A stretch of 64,000 bases of DNA, from positions 211,357-275,356 of the forward strand of contig PFWT01000009.1 of the NCBI GenBank assembly GCA_002791275.1. The letters are read 5' to 3'. This DNA comes from Candidatus Uhrbacteria bacterium CG_4_9_14_3_um_filter_41_35 (GTDB taxonomy: Bacteria > Patescibacteriota > Patescibacteriia > UBA9934). This document shows positions 53,949 through 64,000 of this stretch, in pieces. The first letter of the stretch is position 1. Each line of letters begins with the position of its first letter. A model generated the notes under the pieces. It did no database searches, had not been told where the DNA came from, and worked only from the letters and a program-made list of their open reading frames with translations. The position numbers were made by a program, and so were the translations under genes.

Positions 53949-55736
53949 ATGAAAAATTTCCTAAATTTACACTCAAAAATAATTATAGCTACTGGAGCAC
54001 TTGCCGTTTTAGCTGTCATAATATTTTCGTTTCTGAATTCAGATAAATCTGTTGATGCAGAAACCGATGCGAGTAATAATCTTACAACCCTCAAAGTTGC
54101 TGATTATCAGTCAGCCGTAGACACCGTGTACTCAAGCGGTGAAGTGATTTCTGAAAATCAAGCTACGATTAGAAGCGAGGCCTCTTCGCCCATTGAAGAC
54201 TTTTACATAGAAATCGGCGACCGGGTGCAGACTGGAGATTTACTGGTTGCTTTCAGGCACGATGATTTGAACGCACAATTAACCCAGGCCAATGCTGCAG
54301 TGACGCGAGCTAAAACCGCGCTTGAAGCTCAACAGATGGGAGCTAAAGAAGAGGACAAAGAAAAGGCCAGACTTGCAGTTGAGCAGGCTAAGCTTGGGTT
54401 AACGCAAGCGACTTTGAATTTGAATCAAATTAAATTAGCGCAAACTAGTTCTGAAAATGCTGTTAATGAGGGAATTCAACAATTGTACAAAACAAGTTTA
54501 AGTACGCTTGACGCAAGTGAGCAAACACTGGTCGATTCCTTGGCAACCATCTCGGATTTACAAGTTGATTATTTTAACTGTTCCTCTGATCAAATCTGCT
54601 ACGTAATTGGCAAAGAAAAAGGCACAGCTATTAAAACCTACTTTGCTAAAGAAGGTGCTGATAAATGGAACGCAACTAGCGTTCGCGGGATAAACTCTGG
54701 CTACGCTGAGAAATTAGCTAATTTAAAAATAGCCGAAGCGCCAGACTGGATACTTCGTAGTGAAATTTTAGCTGCACAAATTGTAACTTTGAAACACATT
54801 CAAGCATCACTCACAGCAATTCAAGAAGGTTTTACCCAACCAGTCGCTAACCAAGCGTCTGCTAGCGCTCAAGCCAATACGGCCACAACTTTAGCTACAG
54901 TGAATGCTAAAATTAGTGTTCTTGAAAGTTTACAAACTTCGATAAACGAAGCTGAAGGTTTTGGTTTAGTTGGAGGTGAACCAAAATCTATCGATGACGC
55001 TAAACGTCAGGCCTACCTAGCTATTACTACCGCTGAAACAGCGGTAACAAACGCTACGGTAGCTGTACAGATGTCAGAGCAAACACTTGCTCAAATTGAA
55101 AATGGTCCGCGAGCTATTGATCTTCGACCTTTTGAAATTGGTGTGATTGAAGCCGAGGCAAATTATGCAAATGTTACATCTCAACTACGCCGAGTAATGG
55201 TACGTGCGCCTTTTGACGGTATTATTTCAAGTTTGTCTGGCAATGTTGGTGAGCTAGTTCCCGCTGGACAGCCACTTGTTACAATTGTTGAGCCGAATTT
55301 GATTGAAATTAAAGCTTACGTAAGTGACAAAGATCTTGGAAGTTTTGATCTGCATTCTTCGGTTAAAATTAATGGTAAGAACGACGGCGTGTTAACTTTT
55401 ATTTCACCAAGTATTGATCCGCAAACTCGAAAAGTTGAGGTACATATAGCTGTTTTAGATGAGGCTTCGCTTCTGATTGGTCAATATGTTGATATTGAAA
55501 TCGGAAGTACAAATAAAGAAAAAAGTAAATATTATTTACCGCTTGAGAGTGTAAAACAGTCTCAACTTGGTTCTGTGGTCTACCGTATAAATTCAGATAA
55601 TTTAATGGAAGAAATTCCCGTTGTGACCGGTGACGTGATTGGAGAAACTATCGAGATTACAAGTGGGCTTAATATAGGCGACGAACTAGTTGTTAATGCT
55701 AGAACCGCCAAAGCTGGTAACAGGGTAAGCAAGTAA
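53949..55736 (+). CDS. Efflux transporter periplasmic adaptor subunit (membrane fusion protein, HlyD/RND-MFP family) with extended coiled-coil
   Basis: N-terminal TM helix, a biotinyl-lipoyl-like half (IEIGDRVQTGDLLVAF), a long α-helical hairpin, and a β-barrel/MP domain (VMVRAPFDGIISSL). Start chosen at MKNFLN so that it does not overlap marR. Confidence 0.7.
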   Translation: MKNFLNLHSKIIIATGALAVLAVIIFSFLNSDKSVDAETDASNNLTTLKVADYQSAVDTVYSSGEVISENQATIRSEASSPIEDFYIEIGDRVQTGDLLVAFRHDDLNAQLTQANAAVTRAKTALEAQQMGAKEEDKEKARLAVEQAKLGLTQATLNLNQIKLAQTSSENAVNEGIQQLYKTSLSTLDASEQTLVDSLATISDLQVDYFNCSSDQICYVIGKEKGTAIKTYFAKEGADKWNATSVRGINSGYAEKLANLKIAEAPDWILRSEILAAQIVTLKHIQASLTAIQEGFTQPVANQASASAQANTATTLATVNAKISVLESLQTSINEAEGFGLVGGEPKSIDDAKRQAYLAITTAETAVTNATVAVQMSEQTLAQIENGPRAIDLRPFEIGVIEAEANYANVTSQLRRVMVRAPFDGIISSLSGNVGELVPAGQPLVTIVEPNLIEIKAYVSDKDLGSFDLHSSVKINGKNDGVLTFISPSIDPQTRKVEVHIAVLDEASLLIGQYVDIEIGSTNKEKSKYYLPLESVKQSQLGSVVYRINSDNLMEEIPVVTGDVIGETIEITSGLNIGDELVVNARTAKAGNRVSK

Positions 55737-55738
55737 GT

Positions 55739-58700
55739 ATGTGGAATTTTCTAGTTATACATCAAAAATTTACAATCATAATTATTCTCGCACTAACAAT
55801 TGCGGGGCTTGTTTCCGTAAACCAGCTACCAAAAGAATCAGCTCCGGAGGTAAATATTCCGTTCATCATTGTCTCTACGCCATTTCCAGGCGCAAACGCT
55901 CTTGATGTTGAAAGTTTCGTTACCAACAAAATTGAGGACAATGTTTCTAGCATTGAGGGACTGAAAAATTTAACCTCAACTTCAGCACTTGGTATGTCGA
56001 GTGTAGCGCTTGAGTTTAATGTTGGAGTTGATATTGATAAAAAACTCACTGAAGTAAAGGATGCGACAGATATAGCTAAGCTTGAATTTCCAAGTGATGC
56101 CAAAGATCCGCTTGTTGCCAATGTTAACTTTAACGATACACCGATAAAAACTTACGCTTTGGCTGGCCCTTACAGCCGTGGTGAATTGCAACTTTTTGCT
56201 GAAGAATTAAAAAGTAAACTTGATCAATTGCCAAACGTAGACAGTATTAGTCTAAGCGGTGGCGATAGTGAGCAGGTGCAAATCCTGATTGAGCAGCGCA
56301 GACTTGATCAGTTCGAGCTTTCACTGAACCAAGTTGTGCGAGCTATTCAGTCAGCAAACAGCAATATTCCAATCGGAAGCATTGAGTCGAGCAATAGTGA
56401 TATTTCTGTTCGTTTTGATGGCACAATCAATACTATTAACGACCTTAAAAGAATTCCGCTTAGCCTGAAAAATGGTGCGCCAATTTTTGTTTCCGATGTC
56501 GCTGAAGTTATTTACGGAACTGAAGATAAAACCTCGAGTTCATATTTAAGTACCGATAACAAAGTTTCAAACCCTGCCATATCAATCAGTATTGTGAAAT
56601 CGCCAGGTGGAGATATTTTAAAGCTCGTTAAAAAAGCAGATGAAATAATCTATAGTTCAATTGGCACCACCCTACCAGAGGATCTTCAGGTAGAAGTTAT
56701 TGACGACAGTGCCGAACAAATTAAAGCTGATCTAGGTAACCTAAGTATGAGTGGTCTTGAGACCACTCTGATCGTTACGCTTCTGATTTTCTTCACACTC
56801 GGTTGGCGCGAGGCAATTTTGACTTCACTTTCGATCCCGCTAACTTTCCTGATTACTTTTCTAACCCTGGATTTATTCGGCTACACTCTTAACTTTTTAA
56901 CTCTATTCGCATTAATTCTGGCGCTAGGAATTTTAGTTGACGGTGTAATCGTGATCACGGAAGGTTTGCACTCAAATATCAACAAAGGCTTACCACCAAC
57001 CAAGGCTGCACTTGCAACCATTGCTGAGTTTGAAAAACCACTTATTGCCGGTACCCTAACAACTATTTTTGCTTTCGTACCAATGCTTCTTACCTCTGGA
57101 ATGATCGGACAGTTCATTAAATCAATCCCCGTAACTGTGAGTATCGTTCTCTTCTCCTCGCTCTTTATCGCGCTTGGCGTTATTCCAACACTAGGCACTT
57201 CCCTACTTGGATTGAAGACAAAACCTGGCAAATTTAAGACTCTAACAGATAAGCTTGAGAGTTTTAGAGAAAATTCTATTTTTTATCTACAAAATATTTA
57301 CTCAGGGATAATTGATAAATTCCTGTACTCAAAACCCGCACGAAAAAGTCTTGCTATAATTTTGACTTTTGCTTTTGTGGGATCGCTCGCACTGCCAGCG
57401 CTTGGAATTTTGAAGGTTGATATGTTCCCAAGCAGTGATACTGAGCGCGTATACATTGATTTTTCCTTACCTCAAGGGACTGCACTTTTTGCAACTGAAA
57501 AAACAATGACTGAAGTTGAAAAATATTTGCATAATAAGTCTGAAATAAAATCTTATTTAATTAGCAGCGGAGCCGGTTCTTCGCTCGGTGGTGGTACTGG
57601 TTCAAATATCGGTTCGGTAAATATTAACCTTACTGAAGAGAGACGCGATAGCCGAAAGATTACCGCTGAAATTGAACGTGAAATTACGAGCCTGGTACCT
57701 GAAGCAACCATTTCCGTTGCGCAATTGAGCAGTGGTCCGCCTTCTGGCGCTCCGGTTGAGATTTCTATTGCTGGTCAAGATCTACAGACACTTGAACAAA
57801 TTGCCGAAGAGTTCAAAAAAATTATTACTGAAATTCCAGGCACAAAATCCGTGACAACTTCGGTAGTGAATACTTCTGGAGAGTTTGTATACACCATTAA
57901 CCGCGCAGTTGTAGCCAGATATGGGTTGTCGCCAACTGAAGTGGCGACAACTATGCGAACTGCTTTGTTTGGTAGCACTGTGGCAACTCTTAGTCTAAAC
58001 GGTAACGACATTGATGTTGTAGCAACCTATAAACTAAGCGAAAATGACACTAAACGAAATGCGATTGAAATCGCAAAACTTTCGAGTATCACCATGCAAA
58101 CGCAGTTTGGTGATATTCCAATTTCCACATTCCTAGATACGAATTTGAAACCAAGTCAGGCCTCAATTCCGCACAAGGATGGTGAACGAATTGTAACAGT
58201 CACTGCTGATGTTGAACTTGGTGTTGTGGCGCAGGATGTTTTTACTGAAGTTAAAAAAGAGATGGTAAAAATTGATATTCCCGGCAAATACACCGTAAAA
58301 CTCGGTGGGCAAAATGATGACATCACGCAGTCGTTCACGGACATGGCTAAAGCTATGGTGCTCGGCATCTTTATGATCGCCGGACTGCTTGTTTTGCAGT
58401 TTAATTCATACAAACAACCACTCATCGTCCTCTCCAGTATTCCGCTCGCACTGATCGGGGTTTTACCCGGACTCGTGATTGTGAACCAGACGCTGTCGTT
58501 CCCGGGAGTCATTGGTGTAGTGGCACTTGCCGGAATTGTGGTGAATAACGGGATTATCCTAATTGACCGAATTAACGAAAATCGTCTCGCTGGCATGGAG
58601 ATTCTAATTGCTGTAAAAGAATCAACCATGAGCAGATTAAGGCCAATTCTACTAACAACCATCACAACGGTAGCAGGCCTAGTCCCGCTAGTAATCAGTC

Positions 58701-58816
58701 AACCCGAATGGGCTTCCCTTGGTTACGCTATTATCTTCGGACTAATCTTCTCCACGGTTTCGACTTTGATTGTGGTACCGCTCCTTTACGCAGGGATTGA
58801 GAAACATAGAAAATAA
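55739..58816 (+). CDS. RND-family efflux transporter permease (AcrB/HAE-type)
   Basis: 1025 aa with 12 TM helices, two large periplasmic loops and typical RND motifs (GIVVNNGIILIDRINE). Confidence 0.85.
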   Translation: MWNFLVIHQKFTIIIILALTIAGLVSVNQLPKESAPEVNIPFIIVSTPFPGANALDVESFVTNKIEDNVSSIEGLKNLTSTSALGMSSVALEFNVGVDIDKKLTEVKDATDIAKLEFPSDAKDPLVANVNFNDTPIKTYALAGPYSRGELQLFAEELKSKLDQLPNVDSISLSGGDSEQVQILIEQRRLDQFELSLNQVVRAIQSANSNIPIGSIESSNSDISVRFDGTINTINDLKRIPLSLKNGAPIFVSDVAEVIYGTEDKTSSSYLSTDNKVSNPAISISIVKSPGGDILKLVKKADEIIYSSIGTTLPEDLQVEVIDDSAEQIKADLGNLSMSGLETTLIVTLLIFFTLGWREAILTSLSIPLTFLITFLTLDLFGYTLNFLTLFALILALGILVDGVIVITEGLHSNINKGLPPTKAALATIAEFEKPLIAGTLTTIFAFVPMLLTSGMIGQFIKSIPVTVSIVLFSSLFIALGVIPTLGTSLLGLKTKPGKFKTLTDKLESFRENSIFYLQNIYSGIIDKFLYSKPARKSLAIILTFAFVGSLALPALGILKVDMFPSSDTERVYIDFSLPQGTALFATEKTMTEVEKYLHNKSEIKSYLISSGAGSSLGGGTGSNIGSVNINLTEERRDSRKITAEIEREITSLVPEATISVAQLSSGPPSGAPVEISIAGQDLQTLEQIAEEFKKIITEIPGTKSVTTSVVNTSGEFVYTINRAVVARYGLSPTEVATTMRTALFGSTVATLSLNGNDIDVVATYKLSENDTKRNAIEIAKLSSITMQTQFGDIPISTFLDTNLKPSQASIPHKDGERIVTVTADVELGVVAQDVFTEVKKEMVKIDIPGKYTVKLGGQNDDITQSFTDMAKAMVLGIFMIAGLLVLQFNSYKQPLIVLSSIPLALIGVLPGLVIVNQTLSFPGVIGVVALAGIVVNNGIILIDRINENRLAGMEILIAVKESTMSRLRPILLTTITTVAGLVPLVISQPEWASLGYAIIFGLIFSTVSTLIVVPLLYAGIEKHRK

Positions 58817-58818
58817 AA

Positions 58819-58851
58819 ATACCCCAGCTCTATAGCTGGGGTATTTTTTTA
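58819..58851 (+). terminator. Rho-independent terminator after the RND gene
   Basis: Hairpin accccagct-ctat-agctggggt followed by T8. Confidence 0.7.
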
Positions 58852-58879
58852 CGAACCGTAAATCATTTTTGGTTTAGTA

Positions 58880-58990
58880 ATTCAACAATGAGATTCTTCG
58901 CCATGAATCATGCCAGGCTCAGAATGACGGTTTAATTAGATTCTTCAATGTAATTCACGCCAGGCTCGGAATGACGGTTTGGTTCGTCGT
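58880..58990. repeat. REP/MITE-like repeat family (locus 4, two forward units)
   Basis: gagattcttcgccatgaatcatgccaggctcagaatgacgg and a second diverged unit. These are followed by hairpins at 59028-59055 and 59144-59194. Confidence 0.75.
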
Positions 58991-59143
58991 CTAGCTTGTC
59001 CGGTTTGTCGATAAAAAACACAGCGAGCGGGAGACCGCATGGGGTCTCCCGTACACCTTGACCTTGATATAAGAATGGCCGCACACGGCCACACGTTTGT
59101 TAATATAACTCTGCAATCCCTGTGAGCATAAAATGCTCACAAA

Positions 59144-59194
59144 CTAAGACTGAGTTGCAGATGCGACTAAGTCGCATCTGCAACTCAGTCTTAG
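59144..59194. repeat. Perfect 24-bp-stem hairpin (CTAAGACTGAGTTGCAGATGCGACT-a-AGTCGCATCTGCAACTCAGTCTTAG)
   Basis: Directly visible. It is an extended version of the hairpin at 12975-13008 and is likewise followed by AATAAAAAAACTCC. Confidence 0.75.
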
Positions 59195-59361
59195 TTAATG
59201 AATAAAAAAACTCCGTAATCAAAACAAATCAATACCCCAGGCTTAGCCTGGAGTTAATTGTGAAGTATAAAAACCGTTCAAATTCGTCGCATTTTTTCTT
59301 CTAGTTTAGTCTCGCAACGCTGTACATCACAGCCATCAAATCGCTCACAACCTAGCCCATC

Positions 59362-60081
59362 TTATTCAAACAAATTTTCAGCTATAGTACCCACCCTGGT
59401 GAGTACAAATTTATTTCCGTTCCATTTTATTTTTGCGTAAACATAACCCGACATATTATCGTAAGCCTTAATCTCGGTACCGAACTCTGGGATTTCAACA
59501 AGTGGAGAGAATGTAAGGTCTTCAAAATTTTCATCTGGATTCTCGTTCGCGTACTTAGTTTTTATAGCTAAAACTTCTTCAGTAGTTGGTTCTGTGTTTG
59601 GCCAAAGCTTCGCAGTTTGGTCTACCCACTTGCCATTTACCACTTCGAGCACATAAAGTGTTTGTTCGCAAATTGGTCCGCAACCGCTTCTCTCAACCAC
59701 TACTAATTCGCGATCATCTACTAAAAATACCGCTACCGAGCCCATACCGTCCCAAGTTACTGGCCGGAAATTCAAATAATAGTTAGCTTCATCCAAAATA
59801 TCAACCGAAGCCTTGCGCTCAACAGCCGGAAAACCTGTTAAATACTCGTCTGGGATATCTAAAAAGTAGTCCATTACTGAAGTGTGCACCTTGGCCATCA
59901 CATCACTCAGCGCCTGTTCACCGGTTGGCGGAATGTCTATATTTATATTAATATTCTCGTTATTCTGAGTTTCTGTTGCTGTAATTACAGGTTCTACTGC
60001 TGGTTTTACAGGTTCTACTTGATTTTTCATGCACCCGCCACCAACTAGTAAAAGTATCGTTAATATTGCGAATTTATTCAT
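59362..60081 (-). CDS. Hypothetical lipoprotein
   Basis: Lipobox LLVGGGC with a soluble domain. No family recognised. Confidence 0.45.
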   Translation of the reverse strand: MNKFAILTILLLVGGGCMKNQVEPVKPAVEPVITATETQNNENININIDIPPTGEQALSDVMAKVHTSVMDYFLDIPDEYLTGFPAVERKASVDILDEANYYLNFRPVTWDGMGSVAVFLVDDRELVVVERSGCGPICEQTLYVLEVVNGKWVDQTAKLWPNTEPTTEEVLAIKTKYANENPDENFEDLTFSPLVEIPEFGTEIKAYDNMSGYVYAKIKWNGNKFVLTRVGTIAENLFE

Positions 60082-60139
60082 ACAAAATCATAATATCATT
60101 TCTTTTCAAAACGTCCATAAGTTGTTAAGCTAAAGGTCT

Positions 60140-60871
60140 ATGAACGCCCTTGAAATTCAAAATCTACACAAAACCTACACCGATAAAAAAGGCGAAAAGA
60201 TTGCAGTCGACGACGTGAATTTAACTGTGAAGCAGGGTGAATTTTTTGGCTTACTTGGCCAGAACGGCGCTGGAAAATCAACGATGATTAGTTGTATTAC
60301 CGGGATTAACCAGTTCACTACAGGTTCGATTTTGGTTATGGGCCACGATATTGAAGTGGATTATCAGCAGGCTCGACTGGCTATTGGTCTCTCACCCCAG
60401 GATTTTAATGTTGATGTTTTTGCTAAAATTGAAAAAAGTATTGATCTTGTAGGTGGTTATTTCGGAATGTCAAAAGCTGATCGAAACACTAGAGCTCAAG
60501 AATTATTTGAACTATTTGATCTGGTTCAGTTTAAAGATAAACCGTTTCAGGCATTATCTGGCGGTTTTAAACGGCGGTATGTTTTGGCCCGCGCCCTGAT
60601 GCACGATCCTGACGTCCTTATTCTTGATGAGCCAACTGCCGGTATCGATGTCGAGCAACGTCGGGCACTATGGAAATACTTGCAAGAACTCCACAAACAA
60701 GGAAAAACTATTATTCTAACCTCACACTATCTTGAAGAAGTTGAGCTACTTTGCGACCGCGTGGCGGTGATGAACCACGGTAAAATTATTGCCGATCTCA
60801 CCAAAGCCGAGTTTACAAAAGGCGGAGCAAAGCTCGAGGATACTTATTTGAAATTAACTGAGAGCATTTAG
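60140..60871 (+). CDS. ABC transporter ATP-binding protein
   Basis: Walker A GQNGAGKST, signature LSGGFKRR, Walker B LILDEPTAGID and an H-loop TSHY. Confidence 0.85.
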   Translation: MNALEIQNLHKTYTDKKGEKIAVDDVNLTVKQGEFFGLLGQNGAGKSTMISCITGINQFTTGSILVMGHDIEVDYQQARLAIGLSPQDFNVDVFAKIEKSIDLVGGYFGMSKADRNTRAQELFELFDLVQFKDKPFQALSGGFKRRYVLARALMHDPDVLILDEPTAGIDVEQRRALWKYLQELHKQGKTIILTSHYLEEVELLCDRVAVMNHGKIIADLTKAEFTKGGAKLEDTYLKLTESI

Positions 60872-60872
60872 T

Positions 60873-61634
60873 ATGAATATCATTAGACTCAGTGCCGTTG
60901 CCAAGCGTGAAGTGCAACGCTTTATGCGAATACCGGTGCAGACAATTTTAGCACCGCTCATTTCAGCCGCCCTCTACATTCTAGTTTTCGGGATTATCCT
61001 GGGAAATCGTATCAATTTTCTAGAAAATATTAATTACATCGACTTTGTGTTTCCAGGAATCCTGATGATGCAACTTATCTTTGGCTCTTACAGCCAAAGC
61101 GCATTTTCGCTCTTCTTTCACCGCTCGACTAAAACTATTACCGAAATGCTGACTTCCCCACTGTCGTACTCCGAAATTGTGCTTGGTTACATTATCGGTG
61201 CCACAGCTCGAGCCCTAATTGTAAGCTCGGGCGTGTACGCAATCGCCATAATTTTTACCGACGCAACGCCAGCAAATATCCCATTTTTTATTTTCTACGT
61301 CCTCGTGGTTTCCGTCCTTTTTGCTTTGCTCGGTTTACTAATTGGGCTCTGGGCGGAAAAAATGGAGCAACTCAATATGCTCCAAACCTTCGTTCTGACA
61401 CCACTCATTTATGTTGGTGGAGTGTTTAACAGTATCGATATGCTCCCTGAAAATATCCACTGGTTAGTAAAAATCAACCCTATTTTCTACATGGTCGACG
61501 GTATTAGATACTCTATGATCGGCTATTCAGAGAGTAATTTACTAAGCGGGGCGTTTTTTTTAACAGGAAGTGCGGTTATTTTATTCGCTTTAGTGATTTA
61601 TTTGTTTAAGATCGGCTGGAAATTACGGAGTTAG
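60873..61634 (+). CDS. ABC-2 family transporter permease
   Basis: 6 TM helices. Translationally coupled to the ATPase, with the stop and start 1 nt apart. Confidence 0.7.
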   Translation: MNIIRLSAVAKREVQRFMRIPVQTILAPLISAALYILVFGIILGNRINFLENINYIDFVFPGILMMQLIFGSYSQSAFSLFFHRSTKTITEMLTSPLSYSEIVLGYIIGATARALIVSSGVYAIAIIFTDATPANIPFFIFYVLVVSVLFALLGLLIGLWAEKMEQLNMLQTFVLTPLIYVGGVFNSIDMLPENIHWLVKINPIFYMVDGIRYSMIGYSESNLLSGAFFLTGSAVILFALVIYLFKIGWKLRS

Positions 61635-61757
61635 AAGTTAGTAGAGGCTTTTGATTTTTTGATAAACGTGGGATAAAAATATAATCAGAATCAAAAATCG
61701 CTTCAGAGCTAGTCTTCACAGTGAACCAATAAAAATACCCTCGAGCCGTTCGAGGGT

Positions 61758-62723
61758 TTATTTTGGCCCAGCAAGCATTATGCTGTCACCTGACGTAATC
61801 ACGAAGGTAACCACCCCACCGTTTATGAGAGCTACCTTGCAGTTAACCGTAACTGGTCCGCCGTCCACCGAGTAGTGATTGTCATCGGTGGTGATAATAA
61901 TCCGACTAGACGGTTTACTAATGAGCTGACCTAGCGTAAACGGCGGCACGAGTCCAAACCACACGAATGGCCAAATTAGGCTAAGTGTCCGGTAGGTACC
62001 CCAGTAGGCCACAGAGCCAAACTGACCGTCGTGGATCTTACCGCGAAAAGGCCTTGCCTTTAGTGGCAGTTGCGGTACTGCACTTGCTAGCAGTCCAAGG
62101 TAACTCCTACTTGGAATACTACCTGAATCTATCTGTACATCGCCAAACGTCTGCGAAAGAACGCCATCTGAATCTTTGCCAACAGCAAAGGCCAAGAAGG
62201 CGACTTTCAGGATTTGACCGAAGATTGGCAGTCGACTCTTGTGATGACCGAGCTTTATCCAGCGGAAAAAGCCGTGAAGCAGACCACTACCAAAGACCGT
62301 GCAGTAAAGCACACTCTCCTCTTCGAGAATCTCTACCTTGAGCGGTCGCCAGAAAAATTCCTGAATCTCCACCTTATCTTCAAACAACAGTTTGATATTT
62401 TGCAGTGGATCGATGGATGAAAAACCAACATGAGTGGTCATAAGGCAGTCGTTACCACCCCCGAGCGGTACGAGTGTTGGTCGCTCATCAGTTGGTTGCG
62501 CCATCAGCCAGTTAAGCACTGTCCGAAATGTTCCACCGCCACCAACCACGTAGACTCGATGAACACCGAGCGTACCTAGACCGTTTAGCAGGTTTTGAGT
62601 ACTCCGTTCGTTTGAGGTCAGTACAACCCGGACACTGTCCGGAACTATTCGCTCTATTTCCCTCACAAGTGAGGGATTATCCCGTAACTGGCTTGCTACG
62701 GTATTCAGAACTAAAAAGTCCAT
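61758..62723 (-). CDS. Diacylglycerol kinase catalytic-domain family lipid kinase (DagK/YegS-like)
   Basis: DAGK_cat motifs VYVVGGGGTFRTVLN (the GGDGT-like glycine motif) and VPLGGGND (LPxGTGN-like). Confidence 0.6.
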   Translation of the reverse strand: MDFLVLNTVASQLRDNPSLVREIERIVPDSVRVVLTSNERSTQNLLNGLGTLGVHRVYVVGGGGTFRTVLNWLMAQPTDERPTLVPLGGGNDCLMTTHVGFSSIDPLQNIKLLFEDKVEIQEFFWRPLKVEILEEESVLYCTVFGSGLLHGFFRWIKLGHHKSRLPIFGQILKVAFLAFAVGKDSDGVLSQTFGDVQIDSGSIPSRSYLGLLASAVPQLPLKARPFRGKIHDGQFGSVAYWGTYRTLSLIWPFVWFGLVPPFTLGQLISKPSSRIIITTDDNHYSVDGGPVTVNCKVALINGGVVTFVITSGDSIMLAGPK

Positions 62724-62817
62724 CTTCCCTCCCTTGAACTTAGTTTAACAGTAAGTTGAATTATTAATTTAGTCAATGTTAATTACATAAAAAAACACAC
62801 CCTTGCTAAGGAGTGTG

Positions 62818-63585
62818 CTACAAGATGCAGATGACCTCTTCCGTATCTGAAACCCAAGCGATAAGTGGACCGCCATGTTCCACACCGCAATTTAACATCA
62901 CACGATTAGGCCTTACAACCGGTCGGGGTAAAACCGCGTGACCTGTTACAAGACGTATCGAGGGATGGATATTGGTAGTGTCCGTCGCGTGCGCCGCAGA
63001 GAACACCTGCTCTGGCCCAATACTTCCCCACTCCTGCTGTTGCAGGAGAGATCGCTGAGACTGCCAGGTCGAACTCGAATTCAAACCAGCGTGAACTAAG
63101 ACTAATTCATTACTCTCATAAAACCATGGAAGATTCTGCAAACACCGCTTGTGCCAAGTTGGCATTCTTTGAGCAAGTTCAAGAGCTACCTCTTGATAAC
63201 CCTCTCGGCCTCTTGGTGTCTTTCGTATTCCATAGCTCATAAGAACACCATCTTCATAGTTCCTTGCCCATCTGTTAACCCAGTACTCCCAGTCCCCTGC
63301 ATCTGACTGCAGAATTTTTAGAAGCACCAGGTCGTGATTACCGGCAATGGCAATATGGCCTAATTCAACCAGTGAACAAATAAACTCTAACGTAGCCCTG
63401 GATTCAGGACCACGATCAACATAGTCACCGAGAAAAGCCAGTCGACGACCATCAAGTAGCTGTAACTGGTTGAGCTTCTTAATCAGCCTTACCAACTGGT
63501 CCAAATGTCCGTGAACATCAGGAATGACTATCATCGGTAGAGGTTCTGTACCTGCCTCGCCAATGGTTATATTTCGAGTGTGCAT
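62818..63585 (-). CDS. Calcineurin-like metallophosphoesterase (PPP-family phosphatase / ApaH-like)
   Basis: Motifs IPDVHGH, LAFLGDYVDRG and AGNHD (GDxHG / GDxxDRG / GNHE pattern). Confidence 0.75.
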   Translation of the reverse strand: MHTRNITIGEAGTEPLPMIVIPDVHGHLDQLVRLIKKLNQLQLLDGRRLAFLGDYVDRGPESRATLEFICSLVELGHIAIAGNHDLVLLKILQSDAGDWEYWVNRWARNYEDGVLMSYGIRKTPRGREGYQEVALELAQRMPTWHKRCLQNLPWFYESNELVLVHAGLNSSSTWQSQRSLLQQQEWGSIGPEQVFSAAHATDTTNIHPSIRLVTGHAVLPRPVVRPNRVMLNCGVEHGGPLIAWVSDTEEVICIL

Positions 63586-63693
63586 CTTAGCCTCGTTTTT
63601 GAAAAAATACTTCCGAATTGGAAGTAAATTAACTTAGCCTAAAAACCACTTTTTGTCAAGAAAAAAGTGGTTTTTTACATTCAACAAACTAAA

Positions 63694-63957
63694 CTACCAA
63701 GCGTTATCTAGAGTTGATTGAAGTGCTTCAATCAACTCCTCTTCTGTCTCAAAGCTCGTTGGTTTTACCAATCTATTTTTTACTTTTTGATCGTATATTT
63801 CTAACGTCAAAGGAGAAAATTTATAAATGGCTCCACCCTCATTTTCATCGCGTTTAAAAATAAGTGCATTATCATTATTTTCTATAACTTCACCAATAGT
63901 CATTATTCTTTCTTTAGTGCCGTCAAACCAAGTGATAACGGTTGGTGATATTCTCAC
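63694..63957 (-). CDS. Hypothetical small protein
   Basis: ORF only. Confidence 0.3.
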   Translation of the reverse strand: MRISPTVITWFDGTKERIMTIGEVIENNDNALIFKRDENEGGAIYKFSPLTLEIYDQKVKNRLVKPTSFETEEELIEALQSTLDNAW

Positions 63958-64000
63958 GTTTATAGCATAAAGGACCGTATTGTCCTCAGTTGATTCGACA

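Noticed and set aside
1-64000. Alternative genetic code (e.g. UGA=Gly, as in some CPR).
   Set aside because: Conserved genes (eno, pgk, gap, guaB, RND) are full-length with standard stops and no internal TGA/TAG read-through requirement.

Overview
This is an AT-rich (about 35-40% GC) bacterial chromosomal segment. It is densely packed, mostly with housekeeping genes (reverse-strand genes run from high to low coordinates). The sortase/LPXTG pair, streamlined content and short EF-Ts suggest a small-genome monoderm lineage (CPR/Patescibacteria-like or low-GC Gram-positive-like). There are no in-frame signs of a recoded stop codon, so the standard code was assumed.

Housekeeping content, listed left to right:
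- Nucleotide and translation genes: guaB, rplL-rplJ, pyrH and xseA-xseB.
- metK, followed by a DNA-damage cluster of lexA, a small ORF, a Y-family polymerase and fpg.
- A reverse-strand run of rpsB-tsf and gap-doxX-ndh-pgk-eno.
- smpB directly followed by tmRNA, and infC-rpmI-rplT.
- Near the right end, a MarR-MFP-RND efflux operon and an ABC transporter pair.

Features that stand out from the backbone:
1. A roughly 3.8 kb island (27.2-31.0 kb) of strongly GC-rich, GC3-biased genes. They encode lipoproteins or secreted proteins, including a (GTDA)n repeat and a Cys-rich DCDD...CDGxDNDCDG motif. Further GC-rich secreted-protein genes sit at 37.7-38.7 kb and 44.1-44.4 kb.
2. A tRNA-Asp-linked islet (40.2-43.9 kb). 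It is bounded by a full tRNA-Asp, two 171-bp direct repeats and a partial tRNA 3' copy. It carries a sortase and an LPXTG-anchored DUF3494/DUF11 surface protein, with a decayed xis/int-like remnant nearby.
3. An ECF sigma factor translationally coupled to a 1863-aa anti-sigma-like membrane protein. Its exodomain is alpha-2-macroglobulin-like, has a Hint/bacterial-intein-like domain at the bait-region position, and has lost the thioester Cys. A Memo-family gene lies downstream.
4. A composite REP/MITE-like repeat family forming intergenic arrays at four loci, with associated long perfect hairpins.
5. An unclassified GC-rich structured ncRNA candidate downstream of metK.
6. A small Cys-rich secreted peptide in an operon with a C39-like peptidase.

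No CRISPR array was found.
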